A stretch of 64,000 nt of DNA from a virus. Lineage: Duplodnaviria > Caudoviricetes. Shown in pieces: positions 29,181 to 38,579 of this stretch. The position numbers were made by a program, and so were the translations under genes. The notes beneath the pieces were generated by a model. The model did not search any database, was not told the origin of the DNA, and saw only the letters and a list, made by a program, of their open reading frames with translations. The stretch is from positions 96,001 through 160,000 of IMG/VR virus record IMGVR_UViG_3300031993_000004. One strand, 5' to 3'. How positions within the stretch are numbered: position 1 is the stretch's first letter; every line of letters begins with the position of its first letter.

Positions 29181-29318
29181 TGTTTTTCCTCCTTATTCAT
29201 TTATGTGGTTTACATCTGTGATCTCCTTGTCAATCCCAGGATGTCATGAGCAGCTTGTTACAGAGTGACTATCAGCCAGGTAACAAGCTGCTCCAGCAGC
29301 TTCTGAAACAATTACTCT

Positions 29319-29576
29319 TCAGAAGCCGCAATTCTGCGACCCACGAAGGCTCGCTGTTGTTGTGGCCACTTCGGAACCGCTTCCGACGCTGTCGATAACC
29401 GGGATATCACATCCGGATTCGAATCGGCGCTGGTACCACCGCATTGCAGCGGCGCCGGCAACGAGAGATACAGCCGAGATTGCCACGCCCTTTGCGAGGG
29501 AGATTCCGGCGTGTTTCAAATATTCGCGCCGGATCATTCTTTTTTCTTCAGGGGTATACTGCTGCTGCTGTCTCAT
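29319..29576 (-). CDS. Small single-TM early protein
   Basis: AAAGGAG RBS; hydrophobic GVAISAVSLVAGAAAM followed by RWYQRR. Confidence 0.7.
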   Translation of the reverse strand: MRQQQQYTPEEKRMIRREYLKHAGISLAKGVAISAVSLVAGAAAMRWYQRRFESGCDIPVIDSVGSGSEVATTTASLRGSQNCGF

Positions 29577-29730
29577 GGATATTCTCCTTTTCTGTAGATT
29601 ACTAACTCGGTATTACTCTGGGACGAACCTACAAACTCCCAGTACCTCTTGCGAATATGACACACTTGTGGGCAGTGTGTCTCCTATTCATAATAATAAT
29701 ATATATATGAATTGGCAAAAAATAAGGGTA

Positions 29731-29752
29731 TGTGGGGGCTCGCGCCCCCACA
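29731..29752 (-). terminator. Terminator hairpin
   Basis: TGTGGGGGC-TCGC-GCCCCCACA downstream of the SbcC operon. Confidence 0.7.
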
Positions 29753-29755
29753 CTT

Positions 29756-29989
29756 TTACCCACGGCATGCCGGATCTTTTGCTTCCGACATCTGCTTCAT
29801 CATATCGTCGTAATACTTCTTGGGATCCTGAGACATCTGAAATGCCTCGGGAAGCTTCAAGCCATGCAGACGAATCGTATTGCCGTCGGGATTCGTCAGC
29901 GTATAATCATGGAAGTCATTATGAGTTGTACTCAGATATGAATATCTGTATCCATCTTTTTCACCCTCATACGGTATTGCTTTTGGCAT
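29756..29989 (-). CDS. Small hypothetical protein coupled to SbcC
   Basis: TAATG overlap with the SbcC stop; AAAGGTGG upstream. Confidence 0.65.
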   Translation of the reverse strand: MPKAIPYEGEKDGYRYSYLSTTHNDFHDYTLTNPDGNTIRLHGLKLPEAFQMSQDPKKYYDDMMKQMSEAKDPACRG

Positions 29990-32547
29990 TATGATTCACC
30001 ACCTTTCTGATTGTCTATGATTTCAGATATATCAATTGTCTTTACGATGTGTGCAAACTGTCCTTTCTGAAGATTGTGCGAGATCAAGAACATTTGTTCC
30101 ATTCCGAGTTTACCCATCATAGCCTCCAACATCAGAATGAAATCATCTCGAATTGATATATCTAGATATGCATCGATCTCATCTACAAGCGGGATATTGA
30201 ATTGCGATAGAGATGATGCGAGCGAGAGAGACAAAGCCAACGATAACAATGTTGACTCTGATTGCGAGCCATAACGGATGTCAGCAGATTGATTACTACC
30301 ACATCTGAAAGGCAACGCAAAATTGTTTTCATCAATAACCGGATGAAGTAATTCGATCTCATGATCATACATCACATCCAGTAATTGATTTGCTGTGTGG
30401 ATTGCGCGTTCAACTGTATCGCGAATTGCAATGACGGGAATTCCTTTTGTGGAGGAAGTGGCTTCTGCAATCGCTTTGTATGTTGAATCCTTTTGTGAAT
30501 GCTGGTCGATTTCTGCAGTCGTTTTCACATACTGATCAAACGCTTTTTCCAATACATCCAACTCTGATACCAGAGATTTGTGCTGTGCGACACACTGGTT
30601 GTATTGAAGGGTCGTCGTATGAAGTTCTGTTTCTGCAGATTTCTGACGGTCGATAATCGTTTGTAGTTGGGTCTTTCTTTGCTGAAGGGTACCGATATCG
30701 ACACGTTTTATATTAGACAGCATCAAACGCTTTTCGTCTGTTGCTGCTAATTGCGTTGTAATATCCGCAATCGTCTGATCAAGTTCTGCCAACGATTGTT
30801 TCATTTTTTCCAACATCTGATCGAAGTTTTCGGTGTCGGCCAGATCAATATTGGCAGATAAGCGTTCCTGGATTACTTTCAGAGATTGTTCGCTTTCATG
30901 AATCTGCTGAATATACTGACCACGTTGTTCCATCTTGGTTGCTTCTTCAATCAGACGTTTGATCATATCAACATCAACACCGAATCCAAATTTCAACATA
31001 CTATTTGAAATTGATTTAATCGAGAACATTTCTCGGATTAATTCGTTCGGAATTTCGATATTGATCAGACGCTTAATAGTCTGGATATTTTTGTACGCAT
31101 GATCCATTTGTTCCAAATCATATTGTGTATAAGCACCACTTTCAGATGATTGATATGATTTGAAGTACGAATCAAATGCGTCATAGACCCGTCGATAGAG
31201 ACAATTTTCTATGCTACATCGCGATTGATCTGGGATTTCGCCGTCGATTGAACTCATCATTGTTCTGATGTATGATATCACAGATTTCTCTTTCTGAGAA
31301 TCTAATACATCTGCACCAGCTTTCATCAGAAATGCAGACACATCAATTCCATGTGTTATCATGTCGATCATGAATTCAAGATGTTCGCGTTTCAAAGATG
31401 AAATGATTTCTTTGCATGTTGAATTGATAGCCTGCGCCAGTGACAACATCGTCATCAGATACGACGATGTCAATTCCGCGACAACCGGATCTGGTTTTAA
31501 TAGCGAAACCTTTTCTTTCAACATTTCAATTGTGTTTTCCAATGCGTTTTTGTCTTCAATCGATTGTCTGTATGAGCGTGCGATTTCAGCGGCTTTGTGT
31601 TGTTTGTCATATACATCATCAATGTCCTTTAACAGAATCTCACGTTGTGCTTTCGTGTCTGACAGTTTCTGATTAAGTGAGATTTGTAGTTCGACGAGTT
31701 TATCCGGAAGATCCGGTTCATAGCTTCCACCGAGTTGAGCAATGTTCCTTTCATATTCTTCAATGGATGCGTTAACGCTGTAAAATTCTTGTGTCGGGTT
31801 TTGTTGCATGATTGACAAAACCATTCCCTGCAGTTTGTCCATAGTTGATTTCAGCTGCTGAACCTCGTACTCGAGTTTGTCACGTTCTGAACGTTTCGCA
31901 TCAACCTGAGCAAATAACGATTCATATGAACCATATGTGGTCAACAAATATTCACGTGTGTGGTTTAAAGATTCAATCAATCGGCTTGTGAATCTGTAAT
32001 CATTCGTGGCAAGTTTGTGAATCTTGTCATAGATGTCAATACCCATTGCCTTGTTTAACAATGTCTTTCTCTGCGCTGTACCCATACCAGCAAATGATGT
32101 CAGATTTGTTCCATTGATAATGAATTGGAATTTGTATTTATTGATGCCAAGATGTTTCTCTATCAATGCGATGCCAGTATTGACACCACCTGATGGATTC
32201 TGTTCCTCTCCATTTACAACGAAAGACGTCGATACTGTATGGGATTTACCACTGACTTTGTATGTATGCGTGATATTGATGACATTACCGTTCACTTCAT
32301 AGATGATATTCTTCACACCAACTTCTCCAGGAAGAATCAGATCCAAATCATTTCGTTCATCACCTGTCAGATTGATAGATGAGAATGGATGATGCTGTTG
32401 AATCATGACAGTCTTGCCACAGCGGTTTCTTCCGTATAACTGAATAATCGGCTGGGTGATTTTATCATACTTGAATTCGATCTCCGATAAACCGGTTGCT
32501 GCTTTTACGCCAATGAAATTAACGAGTTTCAAATATACGATTTTCAT
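29989..32547 (-). CDS. SbcC/Rad50-like SMC ATPase (recombination nuclease subunit)
   Basis: Walker A GRNRCGKT, long coiled coils with central Cx4C, signature-like YGSQSE, Walker B LVDEID, ISH. Confidence 0.9.
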   Translation of the reverse strand: MKIVYLKLVNFIGVKAATGLSEIEFKYDKITQPIIQLYGRNRCGKTVMIQQHHPFSSINLTGDERNDLDLILPGEVGVKNIIYEVNGNVINITHTYKVSGKSHTVSTSFVVNGEEQNPSGGVNTGIALIEKHLGINKYKFQFIINGTNLTSFAGMGTAQRKTLLNKAMGIDIYDKIHKLATNDYRFTSRLIESLNHTREYLLTTYGSYESLFAQVDAKRSERDKLEYEVQQLKSTMDKLQGMVLSIMQQNPTQEFYSVNASIEEYERNIAQLGGSYEPDLPDKLVELQISLNQKLSDTKAQREILLKDIDDVYDKQHKAAEIARSYRQSIEDKNALENTIEMLKEKVSLLKPDPVVAELTSSYLMTMLSLAQAINSTCKEIISSLKREHLEFMIDMITHGIDVSAFLMKAGADVLDSQKEKSVISYIRTMMSSIDGEIPDQSRCSIENCLYRRVYDAFDSYFKSYQSSESGAYTQYDLEQMDHAYKNIQTIKRLINIEIPNELIREMFSIKSISNSMLKFGFGVDVDMIKRLIEEATKMEQRGQYIQQIHESEQSLKVIQERLSANIDLADTENFDQMLEKMKQSLAELDQTIADITTQLAATDEKRLMLSNIKRVDIGTLQQRKTQLQTIIDRQKSAETELHTTTLQYNQCVAQHKSLVSELDVLEKAFDQYVKTTAEIDQHSQKDSTYKAIAEATSSTKGIPVIAIRDTVERAIHTANQLLDVMYDHEIELLHPVIDENNFALPFRCGSNQSADIRYGSQSESTLLSLALSLSLASSLSQFNIPLVDEIDAYLDISIRDDFILMLEAMMGKLGMEQMFLISHNLQKGQFAHIVKTIDISEIIDNQKGGES

Positions 32548-32770
32548 GTTATCGTCCTTTCAAAAGAAGATTACAAGATGAGTCGTACGAGATATAATTT
32601 TCAACGAATAGATACATTCCATTACATCTATTCAGAAGAGACTCTATCTTATTCGATATAATAATATATCTGCATAAAAAATAATTTTAAACACATATAT
32701 GATTGAAATGGTTAAGGGGAGTTTGTGAGCTTCTCAGACCTATATTACAAGAAAGAAGGAGTTAAGACTT

Positions 32771-33445
32771 ATGGCCGAAAAAATTGATTACACTGGTCGT
32801 CGCGTGAGGTATATGGAGACTTTCAAGGAAGATCCGAATCTCACACAAAAAATTCCTCAGCTCGCAACGGAGTTGCTCTATTCCGAGTTCGGAATCTCCA
32901 TTGCGGATATGACCGCAGTCCCTGTTGTATGGGGTTGTGTGTGGTCGAGATTGATGGAATTCCTCCATCAGCAGAAGAGTGATGCGTTCTCCGTTTCAAT
33001 CGCAGGTTTTACAATCGAATATATGACAGAATATTCCGAATCTGATAAAGCGAGAAACATCGTGCCGGAACTGTATCATGATTACATTCCGACATTCACA
33101 GAACGCAAACACACTGCGGTTCCTGGTTGTGATTATAATCAGGATCTCACATCGAAGTACAACGACTGGCGGACAAACAACTTGACAGAAACACTTGACA
33201 TGGTTGAACGAAACGCATATGACGATATTCTGAAGAAGTTCGGTATCGATCTGATGGTCTCAGCAACAGTCATTCCGTTTGTGGCAGCTATCTATGCTGC
33301 GGGCATCCGGATTGCACTCGAGACGAAGCAGCCGGTTAATATGTATAACTGGTTCACCATCACGGCATGTGCTGATGACAAGATCATTCTGACACCGCTC
33401 GCTTCCATCAAGCAGGGTCTGAAAGACGACGGAAAGCGTGCGTAA
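32771..33445 (+). CDS. Hypothetical protein upstream of tubulin
   Basis: 224 aa; AAGGAG RBS; ACATATATGATT motif upstream. Confidence 0.75.
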   Translation: MAEKIDYTGRRVRYMETFKEDPNLTQKIPQLATELLYSEFGISIADMTAVPVVWGCVWSRLMEFLHQQKSDAFSVSIAGFTIEYMTEYSESDKARNIVPELYHDYIPTFTERKHTAVPGCDYNQDLTSKYNDWRTNNLTETLDMVERNAYDDILKKFGIDLMVSATVIPFVAAIYAAGIRIALETKQPVNMYNWFTITACADDKIILTPLASIKQGLKDDGKRA

Positions 33446-33449
33446 GACA

Positions 33450-33478
33450 ATGGGCGGAGTTTTCCGCCCATATCTTTT
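33450..33478 (+). terminator. Terminator hairpin
   Basis: ATGGGCGGA-GTTT-TCCGCCCAT followed by ATCTTTT. Confidence 0.7.
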
Positions 33479-33541
33479 CACAATAAAATAGTGGTTGGCT
33501 TTGTATCGATCACACATTTCAAATAGAAAGGATGAAAGCAA

Positions 33542-34666
33542 ATGTCATTCAATCTGATAATCGGTATGGGCAATACCGGTTCCCAAATCGTGAGAGCTGC
33601 AGCAGAATCCGAGATCCTGACTGATTGCAAGCTGTACACGATTGATTCCGTGACCTCCAATGTCGACATGAAGACCGTCAATACGATCGAATCGATTTCT
33701 TTGATCTCTGACGACAAGGCTGGTAGCGGACGGTCCCGTGAACGTGGTGCTGCGATGTTCGAATTCCACGATAATAATGGGACATTCGACGAACTGTATG
33801 CTGAAGCACAGAAGGCGAAGACTCCGATCATCGTAATCACCTCTTCGGCTGGTGGTACTGGATCTGGTACAACACCCCCGCTGTGCAGAAAGCTCATCGC
33901 AGCTGGCATTCAGGTGATTCCGATCATTGTGTGTCCTGCGATGGAAGATCCGGTTGCATTCCATATGAATACAAATGATCTCTTGTTGGAGCTGCAGAAA
34001 GCTGAGATCTCCACATACTGTGTATTCCGGAATGAATACGGAAAAGCAGATTACCGTGACATCAACAAAGAGGTTGTCTCTGCAATCGAGATTATCCTCG
34101 GAAAGCGGTATGATGCAACTGACAAGGATTCCATCGATGATTCTGATCTTGACGTGATTCTTTCAACACCAGGACGTTTCATGGCAGTCGAGGCTTCCGC
34201 ACAAACCCCGAGCGACCTGAAACGCCGAATCACAGAACGCGTCCTCAATGGACACCAGCCTTGCTGGAATATGACAGATGCTGAGTCAGGAACGCTAATG
34301 ACTGCGTTTGCTCTGTCTTCTCCTTTTGCTGCAGGTGACTTCGAAGAAGTGTTCTCTGAGTTGAATGCTCGTATCAAGAACAGATTCGATGAATATCGGA
34401 ATATCTGCAATAAAGATGGTATGTGCAAAGCATCCATCATCGTTGCAGGGCTTCCGCCTGTTGAATTGAAACAGATCGACGGTGAATTCCAGATGGCCGC
34501 GGGCATTGCGGATGGTGTCAAGAGTACAGCAAAGCGTCCTGCATTCATGCAGAAGAAAGGTACTCTGCGTTCAGCCAATTTCCCGAAACCATTCCAGCCG
34601 GTTAATACCGTTGCTCCGGATGAGAAGAAATCTGGAGATGTTCTGGATAACTTCAACATGACCTAA
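33542..34666 (+). CDS. phuZ: Tubulin/FtsZ-family GTPase (PhuZ-like)
   Basis: IIGMGNTGSQI (T1), GSGRSRERG, signature SAGGTGSG, and IDDSD (T7 loop). Confidence 0.88.
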   Translation: MSFNLIIGMGNTGSQIVRAAAESEILTDCKLYTIDSVTSNVDMKTVNTIESISLISDDKAGSGRSRERGAAMFEFHDNNGTFDELYAEAQKAKTPIIVITSSAGGTGSGTTPPLCRKLIAAGIQVIPIIVCPAMEDPVAFHMNTNDLLLELQKAEISTYCVFRNEYGKADYRDINKEVVSAIEIILGKRYDATDKDSIDDSDLDVILSTPGRFMAVEASAQTPSDLKRRITERVLNGHQPCWNMTDAESGTLMTAFALSSPFAAGDFEEVFSELNARIKNRFDEYRNICNKDGMCKASIIVAGLPPVELKQIDGEFQMAAGIADGVKSTAKRPAFMQKKGTLRSANFPKPFQPVNTVAPDEKKSGDVLDNFNMT

Positions 34667-34753
34667 AATATTTTTGTGTCGCAGATATGTACATAATTCC
34701 TGCGATATCTGTCACACAAGGATATCTAAAAATCCAAAGGAGGAAACACACTT

Positions 34754-35656
34754 ATGATCGCTTACTCGCAAATGTACCCCGGCGACATCTCATTCCTGGA
34801 GTCTCTCGAATCATATTTGAGAAAACTCAACGTGTCTGCAGCGTCTCCGCAGGAAAGACTCGCCATCACTGAACAGGCAAGAGGAAGCTTGTATTCCTAT
34901 CAGGTTCAGTCCATCGACAGAGTCTCCAACAAGATTCTCGAATCGGACATGGAAGTTGATCAGGAAGCTCGTGCCCTCTGGATTGCGTTCAGCCATCATG
35001 TAATGGATCCGGCATTCGTGAACATCATGATGCAGTATCTCGGAACCAGACAGGATCCGACGCTGAACGGCCAGGTCGGCGCTCTCCTTTCCAAGGTGAT
35101 GAATGAGTACATGGAATCTCACTGGAAGCGGGATGAGAAGAAAAAGAAGGACGAGGAAGAAGCCCTTCCGGAATTCGAAGAGATCAAGCACATCCAGATC
35201 GCTATCGAAGATCTTCTCGGACCGACAGCAAATTCCATTCAGGTTCGCTGCGGAAACCTGACACATCCGGAAGCACTGTTTATCGCCGCATGCATTGCAA
35301 TGAACTCTCAGAAGACACTGAAGGAAATCCTGTCCTCCGGTCTTCCGATCACTGCAGATGTATTCGACAACCTGCTGAATCCGGATCCGATCATTCGTGG
35401 TGCTCTGACTCTGCTGAAGTCTGATGTGCCTACGAAACCAAACGCAAACCAAACTGCGTTCCTCGAATCTTTGAAGCGTTGGATCTATACCAAGCTCGAC
35501 AAGATTCCGGGCGGCTCCAGTGTTTGCTATCAGTATCTTGTCGGCGTATACGGAAGCGTCTCTCCTGATGTGTCTCCGTATTATATCCAGATCAAGGACT
35601 GCGGTACCCTGTATACAACTCTGCTTACTGTCGCAAAGCAGATTGTGAATAAATAA
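34754..35656 (+). CDS. Hypothetical protein
   Basis: 300 aa; its leader shares an identical 24-nt block with that of 21284. Confidence 0.8.
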   Translation: MIAYSQMYPGDISFLESLESYLRKLNVSAASPQERLAITEQARGSLYSYQVQSIDRVSNKILESDMEVDQEARALWIAFSHHVMDPAFVNIMMQYLGTRQDPTLNGQVGALLSKVMNEYMESHWKRDEKKKKDEEEALPEFEEIKHIQIAIEDLLGPTANSIQVRCGNLTHPEALFIAACIAMNSQKTLKEILSSGLPITADVFDNLLNPDPIIRGALTLLKSDVPTKPNANQTAFLESLKRWIYTKLDKIPGGSSVCYQYLVGVYGSVSPDVSPYYIQIKDCGTLYTTLLTVAKQIVNK

Positions 35657-35674
35657 TCGAGGAGGAAAATTACA

Positions 35675-36172
35675 ATGACTGAGAAAATCAATCCCGCTGT
35701 TGTTCAGATGATTCAGCCCATCATGCAGAGAATGACTGCAATCCATCTTGCAGAACGCAACATGCCGGTCATTGGCGCAAGCCACAATGATCCGTATAAG
35801 GATGATAAGCAGCAGTGTGTTCACTTCATCTACAATGGCAATCAGCCCGAGTGCATGCTCGAGAAGACTGCTGATGGCAAGCTGAAGTGCAAGGCTTGCG
35901 GCCGTGAAATCGGAACGAAGTTCGATAAGAGCGCAGTCGAGACTCTGATCGAGGCACGCAAAGTTATCGAGCAGATCATGTTCTTCGGAATGATCAATAA
36001 CATGACTGCGGATCTCATCTCCGGCTGCATCCAGATCAAGAGCTCTATTCCGGCACTTGCTCTGCTGATTGCACAGCTGTCTGATTTCGTGAAGCGTGAA
36101 GAGTCCAACATGGATACAGTCTCCAACATCGGTGACGAGTATCGTTTCAAGGGAATCACCGGCGCATTCTAA
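35675..36172 (+). CDS. Putative Zn-ribbon protein
   Basis: CVH...CKACG; GAGGAGG RBS. Confidence 0.7.
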   Translation: MTEKINPAVVQMIQPIMQRMTAIHLAERNMPVIGASHNDPYKDDKQQCVHFIYNGNQPECMLEKTADGKLKCKACGREIGTKFDKSAVETLIEARKVIEQIMFFGMINNMTADLISGCIQIKSSIPALALLIAQLSDFVKREESNMDTVSNIGDEYRFKGITGAF

Positions 36173-36203
36173 TGCTGATTGATCGATCAATGAACATTCG
36201 AAG

Positions 36204-36244
36204 TGAATATGAGGGGGCGGATGCCCCCTCATATTCATTTTTTA
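36204..36244. terminator. Intrinsic terminator between convergent genes
   Basis: 15-bp stem TGAATATGAGGGGGC-GGAT-GCCCCCTCATATTCA followed by a T-tract. Confidence 0.9.
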
Positions 36245-37498
36245 GTTTGTACATAATTTCATTACGGTCTGAGGCGCAAATAATTCACCAGAAGCATTTG
36301 AAAATACATGTGCGGCATAGCAAATGCGATATGCATCAGCAATCTTCAAACCACGAATAGGAGATTCGAATACGAGATTCACACGAGAATTCGGTTTAAA
36401 TGCAGCAACATCAATTCCAGCACATGAAATATCAACGCGGGTAATCCGTTCATTCAATCGAGCAGCTTCTTGAATCGTCAGTGTCGTTCTGTCTGTCTTA
36501 TGAAGGATATTTTTTTGCTCGATCGGACTGATGTATCTGGATACATTTGAACTTTCTTTCAGTTTATCCAGCTCCGTGTAATTCATCTGTAATGTGTTGA
36601 CGTTGATATCCGACAACCGTTCAGGATTCAATACGCGTTCAACATCAGATTCCGTCAAGACGGACACATTCACGGATTGTGTTTGTGCTTGATATAAACC
36701 ATTTGAATAGAACATGCCAGATTCTGCCATTTCGTCATTCTTTTCTGAACGCACATAAATTGGAATTGTAACAGTTCCATTATGTGCAGCTGTATCAGAC
36801 AAATACATCTGATTTGTATGGTCCATGAACAACAAACCTCCGTGTGGATACAGACCATAGTTTCGATCAAAATATGAGAATACTTCGATTGCTGACAGAT
36901 TCGGTATCAGTATCTGGTCATATCGTTTCTGATTCTGAATTGGATCAATCGTGATTTTGTTTGATGGGAGACCAACGAGATTCATCAGAATATCATCACA
37001 GACTGTTCCGATTGTCGAATCTCTGTAAACCGATCTTGTTTTCGAACGCATGTTATGGATAATCTCTGGCCAGAAAATGAATATCTCAAATGGAACCTTT
37101 GAATCAACATTCAAATCCGTGGCATCTTTTAGACCCATCTTAAACTGATCGAACTTTGACACAGGAATGTTTTTGTTCTCAATGTATCCATAACCAGACA
37201 TTGCAATTTCAGATGTAGGTTGAACCAGAGATGTTGTATGCGTGTCTTTATCGGTTTTATATACTCCACCGGTCAGAGTAATGCCAATCGTTGTATCATC
37301 CGGATTCTCATTGATGTTCTCGATGAGATTCATATCAGCATAAACACGAACACGAATGATTGGGTATGTTGCCGTGTCATACTGATTGATGATAGCGATT
37401 GAGACAATATCGGAACCGGATAACTGTTGACGGAATGTTGGACCCGATGCGATCCATCCATTCAATTTGTACATGACATTATATACAGAATTCGCCAT
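36242..37498 (-). CDS. Putative baseplate hub-like virion protein
   Basis: 418 aa. YDQILIPNL...YFDRNYGLY and a C-terminal beta-rich YRI..AAHVF pattern fit gp27/hub-type proteins (inference). Confidence 0.5.
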   Translation of the reverse strand: MANSVYNVMYKLNGWIASGPTFRQQLSGSDIVSIAIINQYDTATYPIIRVRVYADMNLIENINENPDDTTIGITLTGGVYKTDKDTHTTSLVQPTSEIAMSGYGYIENKNIPVSKFDQFKMGLKDATDLNVDSKVPFEIFIFWPEIIHNMRSKTRSVYRDSTIGTVCDDILMNLVGLPSNKITIDPIQNQKRYDQILIPNLSAIEVFSYFDRNYGLYPHGGLLFMDHTNQMYLSDTAAHNGTVTIPIYVRSEKNDEMAESGMFYSNGLYQAQTQSVNVSVLTESDVERVLNPERLSDINVNTLQMNYTELDKLKESSNVSRYISPIEQKNILHKTDRTTLTIQEAARLNERITRVDISCAGIDVAAFKPNSRVNLVFESPIRGLKIADAYRICYAAHVFSNASGELFAPQTVMKLCTN

Positions 37499-37608
37499 AA
37501 TATCACCTCATTTGATTGATAAAGCCCTTCGACTTTTTTATAAGCCCGTATACTATAAAAGATACGGATTATTTTTTTTTTCATTTTATATAGAAAGGAA
37601 TCAAGATC

Positions 37609-38565
37609 ATGGCGATTATATTTCAAGAAGCGGCAATGAACTTGCCGCGTCTTTCACAATCATCGCTTTATGCAAAGTTTGATCAGCAATCGCACATCAC
37701 ACAGATCTGGCGTGAAGCGATCAGTGATAAGAGCATGTACGTATCTCCTGATGCAATGAAGGAAATCATGTCTTTGATTCGTTTGAATGGTTCGCCGAAT
37801 GCAAAGAAAGCCGTTGACATGTTCACTTCAGGCAGAATGATCCTCATTTACAATAAGGACCGTTCAAAGATTCCGGCAGTTCTTCCATACATTATCACAC
37901 AAGGCAAGGACGGAAGAGCAACAGCATTTGTATTCGCCGACAGAGTTGTTACGAATCTGACATCTACTGCAGAATATCCTAATCTGATGGCTACCATGGA
38001 AGCTGCATTCCTTGCAGCTGCATTGGTTGAGAATCCTTCACAGTTCCTGTTGAACCGTCAGCTGATTCTGAATCTCTGCAGTTTATATCAGTATCTGTGG
38101 TTGATGCCGCTGGAGCAAAAATTGTACATCAAGGGTGAGAATCTTACAAAGGTTCAGATGTACGTAACCGCATATTTCTACAGAATGATTGACGGCGATA
38201 AGATGGGTCCGACAACGATCCCATTCAATCGACTGTTGAAGGATAAGGTCAGCGGTGAACAGGTAAAACAGGTTACCACCGAAGTTTCTATGATGCCGTC
38301 ATTGGGAATCGGTAATGTGATCTCTTTGATTAAGCAGATTAATCCTGTCAGATACAAAGATCTCGACAGCACATTCATGACATACTTCGCTTCTTCATGT
38401 GGTGTCACATTGATCTTTGCACTGGAGAATATTCAGTATCTGTTCCTGTTGATGACATCTGCAAATTACAAGACAAAAGTCACTGCGTACGCACTGAATA
38501 AGAGTGCAACAGACAGTGTTAAGAGGTGCATGTCCACATTGAATGGTATGAACATTCATATCTGA
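37609..38565 (+). CDS. Hypothetical protein, probably virion-associated
   Basis: 318 aa; heads the operon containing the portal; late-type motif upstream. Confidence 0.6.
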   Translation: MAIIFQEAAMNLPRLSQSSLYAKFDQQSHITQIWREAISDKSMYVSPDAMKEIMSLIRLNGSPNAKKAVDMFTSGRMILIYNKDRSKIPAVLPYIITQGKDGRATAFVFADRVVTNLTSTAEYPNLMATMEAAFLAAALVENPSQFLLNRQLILNLCSLYQYLWLMPLEQKLYIKGENLTKVQMYVTAYFYRMIDGDKMGPTTIPFNRLLKDKVSGEQVKQVTTEVSMMPSLGIGNVISLIKQINPVRYKDLDSTFMTYFASSCGVTLIFALENIQYLFLLMTSANYKTKVTAYALNKSATDSVKRCMSTLNGMNIHI

Positions 38566-38579
38566 AAGGATGATGAATA

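Noticed and set aside
12610-29276. Shared 10-mer GACTATCAGC in two structured intergenic regions
   Set aside because: Short, and in opposite orientation relative to transcription; plausible by chance.
34811-36238. 475-aa minus-strand ORF spanning two plus-strand genes
   Set aside because: Antisense shadow that starts inside a terminator hairpin; the plus-strand genes have strong RBSs.
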